A stretch of 61,688 nucleotides of DNA, filler included, from Choristocarpus tenellus KU-1152 (taxonomy: Eukaryota; Protista; Phaeophyceae): assembly GCA_964200185.2 (NCBI GenBank). It is 11 parts of 11 records of this genome, joined end to end, with 100 filler letters (N's around TTAATTAATTAA, not from the genome) between each part and the next. Parts side by side here need not be neighbours in the genome. Positions count along the whole stretch, not along the records: positions 43,037 to 51,614 come from CAXNAD020004568.1; positions 51,715 to 55,892 come from CAXNAD020015832.1; positions 55,993 to 61,688 come from CAXNAD020009983.1; 8 more parts are not named here. One strand, given 5' to 3'. The first letter of the stretch is position 1. Each line of letters opens with the position of its first letter. Made by a program: the position numbers and the translations under genes. The notes beneath the pieces are model-generated. The model was not told the origin of the DNA. It did no database searches and saw nothing but the letters and a program-made list of their open reading frames with translations. Below are positions 46,701-58,725 of the stretch, piece by piece.

Positions 46701-49623
46701 CTCCATGTTGTGAGTCACGAGAGATTAAGTTGCATGGGTCGGATGGATAAAGTAAGTTCACTTCTCCTGATGAGGACCCGAATGGACACGATGGTATAGA
46801 CCCGTCTGCCCATCAGATACTTGGAGCCAAATTAATGTAATCATTGTTCCCTATGCTATGATGTATTGTGCTCAGTATTAGTCATGTATGCTTTGTTGGT
46901 AAGACCATTGACACAGGAGATCTGGGTGTCCATGTATGCATGTTCTGTGCCCCTTGGTTGCGACACAGGAACATACCAGGGTTGGACGGACAACTCAACC
47001 TGGACTCGGGGGCAGGCATGGGCTGTTTATGGCTATGCAATGATGTTCCGTCTCACTGGAAAAAAAAAGTACTTGAAGAGATCAAAGAAGCTCAACAGGT
47101 CAACCGGCGTGTGTCATCATTGTGTAGTCTTGTTCAAAGAGCTTGAAGTTCTGTCATGCGTCTCATGATCAGAACTTCTATGAAGGTATTCCCATATACT
47201 TACATGGTTATGTCAAGTTTAGATATCTTGTCCTTGAAGTCTTCACGCTGTTTGTCAGAAGATCAACTGACCCAAATGCACTTACTGGCACACAATTTTG
47301 CACAAGAGTTCTTCAAGGTTACCTTATCCAGCATCAGTGGCAGGCACAAACAAAAGAGGCCAAGGGTAGAATCAGCTAGGCGTTCTGATTGATGGTTATT
47401 CAAAACCATCCAACCCTCGCATGACCATTGTCTTTCATGTTCTCATGTTGCCTTCTCCTTTTCCCATATCCCATTTCCTCCCCCTTGCTATCCCTCACAC
47501 GACCATAATCCCGTACTACATAAATTGTTGGCTTCCTGATGAGCCGCTGCTACTGCCATCATCTTCTCCTTTCCCTGTCATGACTCCACGAGTTGTGCAC
47601 ACCCTGTTTTGTTGCACTTTGCCAGATAATGGTCAGCTCCATCAAATCCTCAACTCGTATTCCCTGCTCTTTGCCTTGTTCATGCAAGATACTCCATGGA
47701 AAATCTGCCAACCGACAATGTTGCTTATGCAGACTTTGATGCCCCAATCATCGACCAGTGCCGAGACAGCTCAGCCACCGCCATTGTAGCATCTGCGCTT
47801 CTTGACCTGTACCAACTCGTTGGTAAGTACAACCCTAGAAGCAATCTGTTCTGCAAAATACGCTGAAGTACAATGAGGAGGTTGTTTGTTGTGCACATTA
47901 AACTTAAGGAAGCACACACACCCCTCCTCCTTCTAGTAAGAGGAAGGTTGGTTCATTTGATCTTCTGCTCAAATTCTACTGAATAGCAATTCTTACTGAA
48001 ATATGGGTCGGAGAGATTCAATGTAAATGTTGACGGCCGTATAGAAGACCTTGTCCATGATGTTGGCAAGAGACTGGGCTGAACGATACAGAGATCTATT
48101 GTGGTTACAGCACTGTTCAATGCCTGCATGAAATGCACAACATTGCCCACTGTGAAACTTGTTTGTTAATTATTCGTGGTCACGGGTGGTCACACCCCTC
48201 CCTCCCTGAAGTCGTTGTGTTTGACGTTTTCTGTTGGATTGGTTGGGTATGTTTGATATGCCCCCTCACATCACTATAGTAATGTTTTACATATTATAGA
48301 TATATGAAGATGTTTCAAGGGGAGAACCACTCAGGTTTCGACTATTCATCCCCTGCACGTGCTCGACTCTGACATGTAGAAGGTCTCATACAATTTTAGA
48401 TGCTCCACAGCATGCAGCACTTGATGTCTTCATTGTCGAGAACGCACAAGCATCTGAGGCATCTTACTTCAACGCCTGAAATCGCTCTCAAGAACAATGT
48501 GTTGCAGACTGAAGCCTTTTAGGATAGTGAGGGATAGGGGTGTTACCTGACCACAAGTCTTTACTGTTCTCTTGCCAGCATGAAATCCTGTATATTGGAT
48601 GAGTGCGATCAATAGTGTTGTGCAAGAAGGACTAAAGGATTTTGAACATGATGTTTGGATCACTGCCAGTACATTTTGCAACATGTGCATTAGTGAGACA
48701 GCTGTATATGGTACACCCTATCATTCAGTCTTGAACGTGAACTTCTCTCCATCCGATTCATTTTGGTATGGAACTGATTCCTCTCTTCGTTCCAACCCGT
48801 TCTTGAACGAGTGGGATTCAACCCAAATCGGGTAAGTCATAGGCCCGTTTTTTGTAGGAGACTCATTAACCTTCCTACTCTGGAGGTTCCACAAGACAAG
48901 GGACAGTTTGCAGGGTGAAAGGTTAGGGATTCCTGTAGACCTTCACATTGTCAGAGGAAGAAGAAAAGACCTATAGAGTCTTGTAATTGTGCACAATTGG
49001 CTTCAGAAAAGGAATCCGCTGAATTTGGTTTCATTTCCAATCATAATGCCAGGGTATGGAGTTGTACCTTTGCTATGCTTGCATTATGGTTGTACGTAGA
49101 TGCCAATCATGCGTGCATAATGCTTTCTTCCTCCTGTTCCCATCATTTCTGTCCATTGTCGTTTCGATTGCTGTGATCCTGAGCAAACGTTCCCGTTTTG
49201 TTACTACTCAATACCTTGGACTTTCTACTAGACCAGTGCCCAAATCATTGGTCGAAATTCCCCAAACAATTCGCTCCCCCTCATTGTATCAACCACCCTT
49301 GCAACTGTAGTACTACACAAGGGCTCCATGAATTATCCTTGGAGCACCTTTTAATATGTTGTTGTTATACTCTCACTTTCACTCAATGGACAAAGTCAAC
49401 TACCCTGCCGCCCTCTATTCTATCTGTAGGAAATGAGGAGCATCTGGAGCAAGCCAAAGTCCTGCTTGATGCTCTTCTTGGTGAGGACTACCTTGTTAAT
49501 CCCGATACATCTTCGTATAAGTCCATCCTAATGAAGGGATGTCAGGAATGGGGAGAGAGTGAGGTTGGGACGATCACTGGAGACTACTTCTTCGTTGAAG
49601 CCCTGGTGAGGAGAGAGGGCTAA
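43743..49623 (+). CDS. Glycoside hydrolase family 88 (unsaturated glucuronyl hydrolase-like), 3' six exons
   Basis: Exons 43743-43767, 44416-44469, 45052-45149, 46969-47098, 47689-47822 and 49430-49623, all GT-AG and phase-consistent. Peptide (D)MIMNIELILQA..YEEKAIKHAKRTWKDLVRSDRSTWHVADY..TYQGWTDNSTWTRGQAWAVYGY..NLPTDNVAYADFDAP..RDSSATAIVASALL..GDYFFVEAL gives the GH88 motifs in order. Confidence 0.92.
45480..46250 (-). pseudogene. Decayed LINE-like ORF2 fragment in a GH88 intron; homologous to 50760-51600
   Basis: DNA ~45990-46240 aligns with ~50917-51160 (AAGTTTGACTTGG, TCTATTGTTT, ATCCTTAAA.TGCA, CTCTCATTT). Minus-strand MRDNQSCILRI / MRGIQGCTLRI. The LINE call is an inference. Confidence 0.4.
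46647..46828 (+). mobile_element. MITE family A, diverged full copy in a GH88 intron
   Basis: AAT|GGCTCAAAGTATCT ... AGATACTTGGAGCC|AAA. Confidence 0.85.
48300..48950 (-). pseudogene. Decayed Ty3/Gypsy RT-RNase H remnant in a GH88 intron
   Basis: Minus-strand EKFTFKTE**GVPYT..LQNVLAVIQ (cf. KTAFxT..G.Y..LxNAPxxFQ) and a downstream AV..LKLYETFY-like RNase H segment. Confidence 0.4.
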
Positions 49624-49776
49624 TGTTTGGAGTATCTTTAAGCACTTCTGGGTAGGTGTACGTAATATTGGATGATTGTACATGTAGCACAACTGGCTTG
49701 CATCTTTCTGGGGTATCAATCCAGGATAATTAGCGTATATTTCACCTCATCCATGGCCTAATGTCACTTCACCTTT

Positions 49777-49953
49777 GGCTCAAAGTATTTGGGCAGGGTT
49801 ACGTCTGTCTATTTGGGTCAATGTTTTCATGTCTTGATTATTGGGTGATTTGGTTCCGTACGTTAGATCGATACTGAAAGTGCACTTTTCCTGGGTTTGG
49901 TCCAAATGGACAATCTGGTGTAGACCCCTCCCCCCCCCCAGATACTTTGGGTC
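49777..49953 (+). mobile_element. MITE family A, full copy (177 bp)
   Basis: TTT|GGCTCAAAGTATTTGGG ... CCCAGATACTTTGGGTC|CTT. Confidence 0.9.
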
Positions 49954-49989
49954 CTTTGTCAGGTAGAACTGGAGTGGTTGCGACACTAA

Positions 49990-50235
49990 GAGTGAAAGTA
50001 TCTTAGAGGGTACGAGTTTTGCCCTGTTTGTCCGTTTGGGTCTTGACTTCCCATGGGTTTTTGAATATCGAAAATATATCGGAGTAGATAAATTGTGTAT
50101 GTAGGAAATGGTGTATCTGGAATAAGGATATTGACAATTCCTAACAAACGCGATAGCCAAAATTACTTTAAAATCGCAACATTGGATTGTGGCTCCCAAA
50201 TGGACGCTGCTCTACCCGCTAAGATACTTTGGCTC
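49990..50235 (-). mobile_element. MITE family B, full copy (246 bp), TSD TAA
   Basis: TAA|GAGTGAAAGTATCTTAGAGGG ... CTAAGATACTTTGGCTC|TAA; reverse complement of 2733-2989. Confidence 0.9.
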
Positions 50236-50759
50236 TAACAAGTTACCATAAGGACATAAAGGATGGACTCTTGATGAGGATGGTTGTGGTAGCAAGCTCC
50301 CCCACTCAAGTGTACTACAGCATGCTGTCCGAATCGCTTATAACATGTTCATATATCACTTTAATGGATCATTGTCAAAATCACTGCATCGGAATGCCTG
50401 CTATTTTGTTAACATTTTTTCTCTCAATTGTTCTATTGTGCTACGTCAATTTCCCCTCAGGTGCGCTACAAGCGGTATGCTGCTTGAGTGCCGAATGAAG
50501 TGAGTAGAAGAGTGATCAACTCAATGACGTTGGGAAAGCTCAAACGTTGAGTTCCACAAGGAGGTCAATGAAACAGAAGAGGGTAGACCTTCAAGCAGAT
50601 CACCTGATGCATACCCCGGTTCAGAATCGGTTAGTCGATGCAAGTGGGGCAATGTCACTCATGTTGCAAGTAATGGAGCATTCCCCCTTATGAATTTATG
50701 TCAAACCACATTATGTTCTCGATCATTTGTTGGAGGATAGTCTTCCGTTCTGTAGAACA

Positions 50760-51600
50760 CCCTTAGACATATTTAAGTCGAGTAGTGGGCATAAAAGGTT
50801 TTCCTTGTGTCAAAATGTATGAGATAGGTTCTGGCAATCCCAACATGTTGTTCTCCTTCACTTGAATGTAACTGGTCCAAGTCAGGTGATCCAAGCCGTT
50901 GGCTCTGTATATGAGCCAAAGTAGATTAGATGTATCCAATTTTTGTCTGTTCTGCATTTATGCCAGTATATTTATCTCTTGCTATGCATTAATGTTTCTA
51001 TGGATGAAGTGGTAAGTTTGACTTGGTAAGGTTGATTTGTCTATTGTTTCAAAGGTTTCGACAAAATTCGTAAATTTCCTTTTCGTGTTTGTAAAACATC
51101 AGATGTCTTTCCAATTATTTGGCGGTATCCTTAAAGTGCAGCCCTGGATACCTCTCATTTTCTTAATGACTCATTTGACTGCAATAACCGTGTATATAGA
51201 GACACAGAAAAGCAACAAAAGCTACTGCCGTTGGTGTTGGGTTTAGCCACTACATGACTCGGCAGTTGGCCTTCTTGCTTGAACCTTGTGCTGGGCCTTC
51301 CTTAACGCCACTCCGTAGTTTAATGTTGCCTCCTTGTTTTGAGCCTCCTATGTAAAGGGGATCCAAAACTGCGAAATCGATACAGGGAACACCTTTCACC
51401 AACCACTAAGTGAAGGAGAAGGATACTCACCATACAACATGCACAGACTGGTGGTTGAAGACAACATAGAAAACGAGAGCAGAATCAAAGATTGTATGTG
51501 GCAAGAAGTTCCGAATATAGAAATGTAAGAAACAAATGTACAACAGATACTAAACAAAACTTTTGCTGGAGTATAAGGCACTAGTAGTTATCTCTCTACA
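50760..51600 (-). pseudogene. Second copy of the decayed LINE-like fragment
   Basis: Homology to 45990-46240. Upstream PLYIGG (cf. PxxxGGLG of the LINE RT thumb region). Confidence 0.4.
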
Positions 51601-52681
51601 GGAGAAGAGGTGGANNNNNNNNNNNNNNNNNNNNNNNNNNNNNNNNNNNNNNNNNNNNTTAATTAATTAANNNNNNNNNNNNNNNNNNNNNNNNNNNNNN
51701 NNNNNNNNNNNNNNCGGTGATTCTCTTCGCCACCCTTGCCTGAGTGAACCACGCCGCCACAGAATCACACGATTCACAAAGACAATGATTTCAACACCTC
51801 GTCCTCCTCGTCCTCCTCCTCCTACTACTACTGCTACCACTACTATTATTTCTTTTTTATTTTCAGTATTATGCCCTCTGACGTTTTCCAGATGTGTCAA
51901 AGAAAAAAACCATGAAAACTATTCACATGTCAGAAAAAAAAAAAGTAACAGTTGTCATACTACTTCTATTATCGATAGTTTTCTATTTGTGTATATGATT
52001 TTCTTTTTAATTGGTGATACTCATCCTTCTACGCGACTCACTAAACATGTGAATCTGGGATTCAGAACATGTAATGCAAGTATAACTTACCAAGAACGTG
52101 TGGAAAGAACAAATTAAAGAAAAGGACAGAATATTTGAATATTAGAAATGTGACGGACAGGTTCCTTTGGGAGCTGATCTCAGTCCAGATACACATCCGC
52201 GCGCACACAAAAATGTATTGCGCGCACATTTCTTTGTCCTTGGTGACGTTCCCAACATTATCAAACACAGAAAAGTTGAGGACCCTCAAACCACTTTCGG
52301 TTGAACATTCACAAAGATATGATACCATCCATCGGATCTGAGGTCNNNNNNNNNNCTTTTCCTAAGATTTGAAAACTGAGAGAGCTCGGGGAAGCACCCC
52401 ACGATGACACAACTGGTGATTCTAAACACGCCCCACGACTGATTGCACCCTGCCTGACAAAGTGATACTCACGCCGACGGTCAAAAAGGGGATGGATCAA
52501 CCATATCGAGAAGTAATCAAAGACAAGAAGAAACATGAAAAACAAGACAAGGGTAATTCCAAAGCCACTGGCCAACCTGAGACGGCCACCTGGTCCAAGC
52601 AAGACACCTGGGACCAATACCAATACTCCATCAACCAATTCGGCTGATGGCGTCCTAGGAGGCTAGCTTGAGCAAGACGGG

Positions 52682-54082
52682 ATGGCAGGGGAACAACCCA
52701 GGGACCGGCCCCCCTGCAGTATGGTCAGCCCATCTACCAATCGCTTTGCAGTATTGGAGGGCAGCGGTGAAGCAGAAGACCAACCGCCCCTAACCAACCT
52801 GTGCGATGATTATTTGGAGAGAATTCTGATGGACTTCAGAGCGGGGAAGATTCAGGATCATACTTTGGTGGTGTCAGCGCTTCAAGCATCAGCAGCGCTG
52901 AAGTCAAACAAAAACCAGATAAGTCCTGACACACCCCAAACCACGAACCGACCTTACATACTCAACACCCTATCGGCTAAGGATCTAATGTCGATAAAAT
53001 TCTTTGAGTCGGATAAAGATGGTAGACAGTGTGTCGCAGTTCCGGACTTGATCTCGGTTTTTTCCAAATATCGTTCTCGGATTTGTTCGTTAGCCATGGT
53101 AAAAAAAGAATCGGTGCCAACGCGGGAACAAGAAATCTACGAACAAACCCTAGACGATTTGTGTTTACGGAAATTCGTACACATGCACCCGTCGGGGAAT
53201 TCGTTATCGCAGCGCCACGCCCGAAGTTTCTTTGTCAACACTCGTTTTTCATCTTGGAACCAGTTGGTAGAGGAGTTTACCCGTCAATTTGCGTCACAGT
53301 TTCCTTTGGATGACTACTTTCACAATACGATTCACCTTCACATGCCAGAGTGGGAACGAGCACGAGCATTTGGGCACAGAGTAGTTCAGACAGTAGATAA
53401 CTTCGTCCGACTCATTCCTGTTAATGAGGAAGGGCAACAGAAGTTATCAAATTGCCTAGCTATGTGTGTCTTCAACCTCGGAGCTCAACCCTCCATTGTA
53501 CGAGCCATTCGATCACTACCGAACCGACCAAAAATATTCGGTGAACTGGTAGATGCAGCTGCGTTAACGGATGCGTCACAGTCGGGTCCGGAGTTTGGTG
53601 ACCGTTCATACCGTAACGTCACAGTGTCAGCTTTAAGCGCGGAAAACCTACTTGATTTACCTGTCACCGAACTACGTTTTTCTGACTTGGAGCCGCTACA
53701 CAAGTTGGCTAAAGAACAGCAGGCAGAATTACAGATGTGGCGGACGAAGAAACGCAAGAGCATGACTCCTGCTCGAGACCAAGCACCCCCACAGGAAAAA
53801 TCAGACAAAAAACGCGTACGCGCTAAGTCTAAAAATCCATTTTGTGAATTTCCGGGATGCCGTGCTAGATCTAGAAGAGGCCACAGTACAGAACGTTGTT
53901 TCTTTAACCCAAATGGCAACAATTTTAAACCTGATTATCGCCCACGCACGAGTGATAACCCCAACCCTAAAGCCCCCAACGAAATTATGCAACAATTTGT
54001 TGCAACAATTTGTTGCAGCCCTTACTACTTCATTGTCACAACAAGGTTCGATGGAGGTCCTAACACACCAAGATCAGGCTAG
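52682..54082 (+). CDS. Gag-like ORF (466 aa) of an LTR retrotransposon
   Basis: Long intronless ORF with ARSFF...SSWNQLVEEFTRQF (retrotransposon gag capsid pattern), a basic region and a CX4CX7HX4C knuckle. Lies upstream of the protease. Candidate LTR end and PBS: ...GACACA-AC-TGGTGATTCT at 52410-52423. Confidence 0.8.
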   Translation: MAGEQPRDRPPCSMVSPSTNRFAVLEGSGEAEDQPPLTNLCDDYLERILMDFRAGKIQDHTLVVSALQASAALKSNKNQISPDTPQTTNRPYILNTLSAKDLMSIKFFESDKDGRQCVAVPDLISVFSKYRSRICSLAMVKKESVPTREQEIYEQTLDDLCLRKFVHMHPSGNSLSQRHARSFFVNTRFSSWNQLVEEFTRQFASQFPLDDYFHNTIHLHMPEWERARAFGHRVVQTVDNFVRLIPVNEEGQQKLSNCLAMCVFNLGAQPSIVRAIRSLPNRPKIFGELVDAAALTDASQSGPEFGDRSYRNVTVSALSAENLLDLPVTELRFSDLEPLHKLAKEQQAELQMWRTKKRKSMTPARDQAPPQEKSDKKRVRAKSKNPFCEFPGCRARSRRGHSTERCFFNPNGNNFKPDYRPRTSDNPNPKAPNEIMQQFVATICCSPYYFIVTTRFDGGPNTPRSG

Positions 54083-54325
54083 TCAGGGTACTTCAAAGGG
54101 AGATGGGAAAGTCAACAAACGTGTATAGGGGTGCCCAGCAGAAGTAGTTCCCTTTTCTTGTGTTGGGTCAGAGTCAGAGTTTATTGATAGGGCTTCTCAT
54201 TTAGGAGGTGTTAATCCATTGGTTTCCTTACCAGTAGTGAGCAATGTTACGACAACTGGTCACTCAGATAGGCTAAATAAAATAATACAGGGGCACCACT
54301 GCCTAAACCAAATCTATGCATTGTT

Positions 54326-54525
54326 TCTTTGGGACCCGACCCAGAAGTGGACAACCAACCAAGTTGTTCACCAAATCGGCCACTTGATTAATTTGAACAC
54401 TGTCTCAATCAAATCATTCAAATAACTCTTTGGGATCCGACACAGAAGGGGACAACCAACCAAGTTGTTCACCAAACCGGCCACTTGATGAATTGGAGCA
54501 AACACTGTCTCAATCAAATCATTCT
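54326..54525 (+). repeat. ~100-bp tandem duplication between gag and protease
   Basis: TTTGGGA.CCGAC.CAGAAG.GGACAACCAACCAAGTTGTTCACCAAA.CGGCCACTTGAT...AACACTGTCTCAATCAAATCATTC occurs twice. Confidence 0.92.
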
Positions 54526-54779
54526 AACCATTATTTGGGCTCCAACCCTGCAGTGAAAAAACCTACAAAGGCTAATCACTCAAAATGGTCAAATTACAAT
54601 CCATTGCCTCAAGCTCATTTTGTTAATGCAATAACATCCTCAGCAGTGAAGCATCCTTCCAAATTTATTGGAACAGTGGGTGAAGACTTTGTAGCATCGC
54701 GTTTGTGTTGCACCAAGTCAGTGTGTTGGCATACATCTGCAATTCAACGTTTCTCTCAACACCGTTGTGCTTTACAGGT

Positions 54780-55794
54780 TTCGTCTCATCGAGTATCGGA
54801 TCCTGGCAAAGTTGATGATGATTCAGTTTCACACATCACAGTTGATACTGCAACTGACATTCCGGTCATTAGCTATCGTTACATGCAAGCTCACCCCACC
54901 CTTTGTTCTGCTCACATCAAGTCGATACCAGATGGTGCCTTACATTTAAAGGAGCTGGGGGAAGACCTTTGCATGTACATGGCTTTATTCAATTTCAATT
55001 AACCTTGGGAAATAAAACACTACCCGTTCAAGCAGTTGTTCTACCATCTCTAGGAGTTGATAAAATACTTTTAGACAACAGTATCATGGCTGCTTTTGGA
55101 GCGAAGTTGGATTGGGATTAGGGAAGAAATAACATTTTCTGGGAGCACAGTTCGCATCCCAGCTACTCATAACATTTCTCCTATACCCATTGTTAATCCA
55201 CCAACCGCCAGTCAAAATACTGCTCAAACCTTTTCAACAAACATGACAGTGGTTACAGTTTCAACTGAGTTCACCATACCTGTACATGTGAAGCATAAAA
55301 CATATTTACCCCCGGGAACCGAAACTGTTGTTTCATTGTGTTCTCAGGTCTTACCTGGATCAGCCAAAAACGCTGTAGTGGAGCCCATTGTCAAGACGAG
55401 CATGGAATTCATCAACCAGGAATAGCACCACTCTCCATGGAAAGATATCATTGTCAGTCGGTCTTTAACTGTTTGGGAAGAGGATGGATCTTGCCTAGTC
55501 AAAATTGCCAACCCTTCCAATCATGGTGTTAAGATACCTCCTCAATTTGTTGTAGGTCATATAGCACCAGTGGATCAAATTCACACCCTTTCTGAAGCAC
55601 AGAACAGTACAATAGCGGCTACCCCAAACACTCCAGAGGAGCTTAAACAAGTCCTTGATGAGTTCAAAGAAGTTTTTGGTAAAAAAGCCCTGGTCGATAC
55701 AATATTATCTGATAAGGAATAAGAACTACTTGACCTTGTTGCCAAATATCGACCTGTATTTTCACTCACTTCTGAGGAACTAGGCTGTTGCAAT
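54780..55794 (+). pseudogene. Ty3/Gypsy pol start: aspartic protease, dUTPase-like spacer, pre-RT region; frameshifted
   Basis: ITVDTATDIPVIS (DTG replaced by DTA), KGAGGRPLHVHG.IQFQLTLG...ILLDNSIMAAFGAKLDW, CLVKIANPS..VKIP..FVVG, LLDLVAKYRPVFS...ELG. Cut by a MITE A. Confidence 0.85.
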
Positions 55795-55892
55795 GGGTCA
55801 AAGTATCTTGGGGGGTGGCCCTTTTCTTGCTGAAATTTCAAATCCGACCCGTGCGACCAAATCACACGAAAAAAGTGAAAATCGAAAAAAGG
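55795..55892. mobile_element. MITE family A-related terminus at contig end
   Basis: GGGTCAAAGTATCTTGGGGGGTGG, followed by internal family A sequence in reverse orientation (TCCGAC..GTGC.ACCAAATCAC); low quality. Confidence 0.7.
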
Positions 55893-56243
55893 NNNNNNNN
55901 NNNNNNNNNNNNNNNNNNNNNNNNNNNNNNNNNNNNTTAATTAATTAANNNNNNNNNNNNNNNNNNNNNNNNNNNNNNNNNNNNNNNNNNNNTTTTTTTT
56001 TGTTGGGGGGGGGGGGGGGGGGTTGGAGGATGGGGGGGGTGTTTATGGCAAAGCCCCGGGGGGGGTTTTTTTTTTTTTTTTTTTTTTTTACACCATGGGT
56101 GGCAATGTCAGACCCTACCTCTGAGCCACAATCCCTCAAATCACTCTGTCATTCCCCTACCCCAGCCTTACCCCAGCCTCCCCCCTACTCTCTTGAAAAG
56201 TCAGTCAACCTTACACACTCCCATGAATTGCGATGTCAATCAG

Positions 56244-56559
56244 GCGTTTGCAGCCCCAGAAATGAGGGACCCGGACTACGGTGGAATGCCTGGCGGTACC
56301 AACAAATCGGCTGGTCCTGGCATGAAGGAGTACGGGATGAACGTAGACGAATTTAGTCTTGGGCAGACACTCAAGGCCGCCCTGACAGGTTGCCCCCCAG
56401 ACATCCCGGCTTCGGTGAGGGAGGAGAGGATTTGTTGATTGGAGTGGGAAAAGAAGTGTCAGTATCTCTGCCCTGCTGCTGGGGGATAAAAAAAGACCAC
56501 TTTTTTTTCACGACTTTTTTTTTTTTTTTTTTTTTTTTTTATTTTTTTTTTTTTTTCCT

Positions 56560-56595
<36 letters not shown>

Positions 56596-58725
56596 GTTTT
56601 TGTTTTTGTTTTTTTTGTNNNNNNNNNNGTCCCTCCCCCCCCCCCGGGGGGGAGTAAGAGGGGTCGGTTTTTTTTTTTGTTTTTTTTTTTTTTTTTTTTT
56701 TTTTGCAGAACCTTCCGTTCTGTGCCCTAATTTAGTCGTATTTTGTTTTGTTTTGTTTTGTTTGGTTTTGGTTTTGGTTTGATCTGAGATTTTTCTCATG
56801 AGAACACGTGGTCTGATGATGGTCTCCAGGTGGGGCTGTTTGTGCCACTGTAGGTGTGTGTATGCATGAAGTAAAATGAAAAGTGTCCAGTATTGTGTTC
56901 AATACTTACACAGCAATGTATGTACAGTACATGTGAAGCACAAGAACGTTGTTATTCTCAGAGTGTTTGTAAAGGAGGAGAATCGTTTCGAGTTCATGCA
57001 TGTCTGAGAAATTGGATGCGCCACAAAAGACCCTTCGTCGTAGGATTTACCACTGAACTGACCGTGAATTGGACTGACATGCCAAACGGAGGCCACATGC
57101 TCGCTCACCCACGACAGCAAGCTTCGGTTACATTCTCTGTTGACCCTGACTGAGCCCTGTTAAAACAACCATCACCAGGCCAACCCCCCAACCCAGTCTG
57201 ATTAAGATATCTGATGGCCCCAGGCTGGTCCTCTTCAAACACATTTCACCTGGGGCTGGCCCACGACAAGGTCTAATTATTATGTCTGACAGCAAGGTGT
57301 TTAGACCCAACTGGCCCCATTCATGGTCTTGGCAAAGCATTTGCCTGTGAGACAATAGCTTTCCTTCTTTTCACGATACCAATTTCTTTTCAAAGAACGA
57401 GTGAGTTTCGATGTGAACAAAGTCTCGTCTTAGCAAATAGCTCCATCGGTTCTGCAACACTAATGGTTTTTGTCCACATACAATGCTGCTTTACCTATCT
57501 GTACTTATCTTGTGGCTGCTTCTGTGTGGTTTCGTTTGTCCAAGGGCAAAGTCTCGAGTAGAGAGGCGTTAACCTCTTTCCACCACATCCATTTTTTTTT
57601 TTCGCGGCAGGACTACATCGCCTCTCAAGGTGGGATTCTTGGATGCCTATCGTGCATTGGTGGAGGCAAGAAGAAGACGGTGAGATGGTGGAGAGGTCAT
57701 CGTAGAAAGTATGGGCAAGAGAAGCTTGCAATACTTTTTTGCCTGTAAGAATATTTGCAATACAGATGTGATCCTACTTTGACTAGAAAGCTTTGCAGTG
57801 GTGGTGAGGTACATGTTGATCTATATATTTCCTTATACAAGAAGCTTGTGATTTTCCTTCCTGCTTTTTATGCATTCTATGTATTGCTTCTGGTCATGGT
57901 GACAAGATTCTTGATGGCAGTACAGAGTAATATCTCTGTGAAGTAAATGTGTATGGGTAATCATGGGCACCATAATACTGCGGAACAACAAAAAACGCCT
58001 CAACATGTCACAGTCAAATGTCTGCTGCCAACCTTGGGTGGGGGGTGTAGTATGTACATGGACATGGCACAGTTTCAATATTAGCAGTTTCTATTGTTAG
58101 ACTCAAAATGCTACTAAGCAGTGGCATTTGTATCCCATTTGTTGACTCTTGATCAGGTTCAGTGGATGTCGTCTGTACAGAGCTTTTTTATTAGCCTTAT
58201 TTTGTCACCCAAGTAGACTCTGCTCTGCCATGCTAAACTATGATGTGGAAAATCCACTGGACTATTGGGTTGCCCTTTTATTTATTTGGGTGAGTGAATG
58301 CAATAGCTTGTTTTTGTTGTTTGTCTGAATGACCTTCTTAAAGCATCCAACCAAAGATTAGACTTCATACACAGTTCTTCAAATAACACAGGCATGATGC
58401 TATTTGAACTTGTTGCATGTCTCACCAGAACCTACACAGTTACGTTCTTCTTTTTGATGTCTTTTCAGTATTATTATTAGTACTCTTTTTCATGACTTCC
58501 ACCAACTGTCGTATCCCCAATTTTGTCTCCATGGAATTGCTGTACTTCCAGCTTCACTTTTTATCAGAACTATCTCCAGAATCAAGGGAGGTGATCAAGG
58601 GGCTTACTGATCCCAATCCTTCCACCCGAATGTCCCTGGATACATTCCTTTCCCATGCATGGCTTGGTACTGCTGGAGAGCGGGCAAGGAAGTGGGTTGC
58701 CAATGGAGAGTTGCAAGAGGGGTAG
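56244..58725 (+). CDS. Ser/Thr protein kinase, C-lobe exons
   Basis: Exons 56244-56414 (AFAAPEM...YGMNVDEFSLGQTLKAALTGCPP; subdomains VIII-IX), 57611-57679, and 58552-58725 (LSPESREVIKGLTDPNPSTRMSLDTFLSHAWL; subdomain XI). All phase 0, GT-AG. Confidence 0.85.

Noticed and set aside
56390-56799. Poly-Phe and poly-Lys ORFs
   Set aside because: These are homopolymer-rich, low-quality intron sequence around a 10-N gap.
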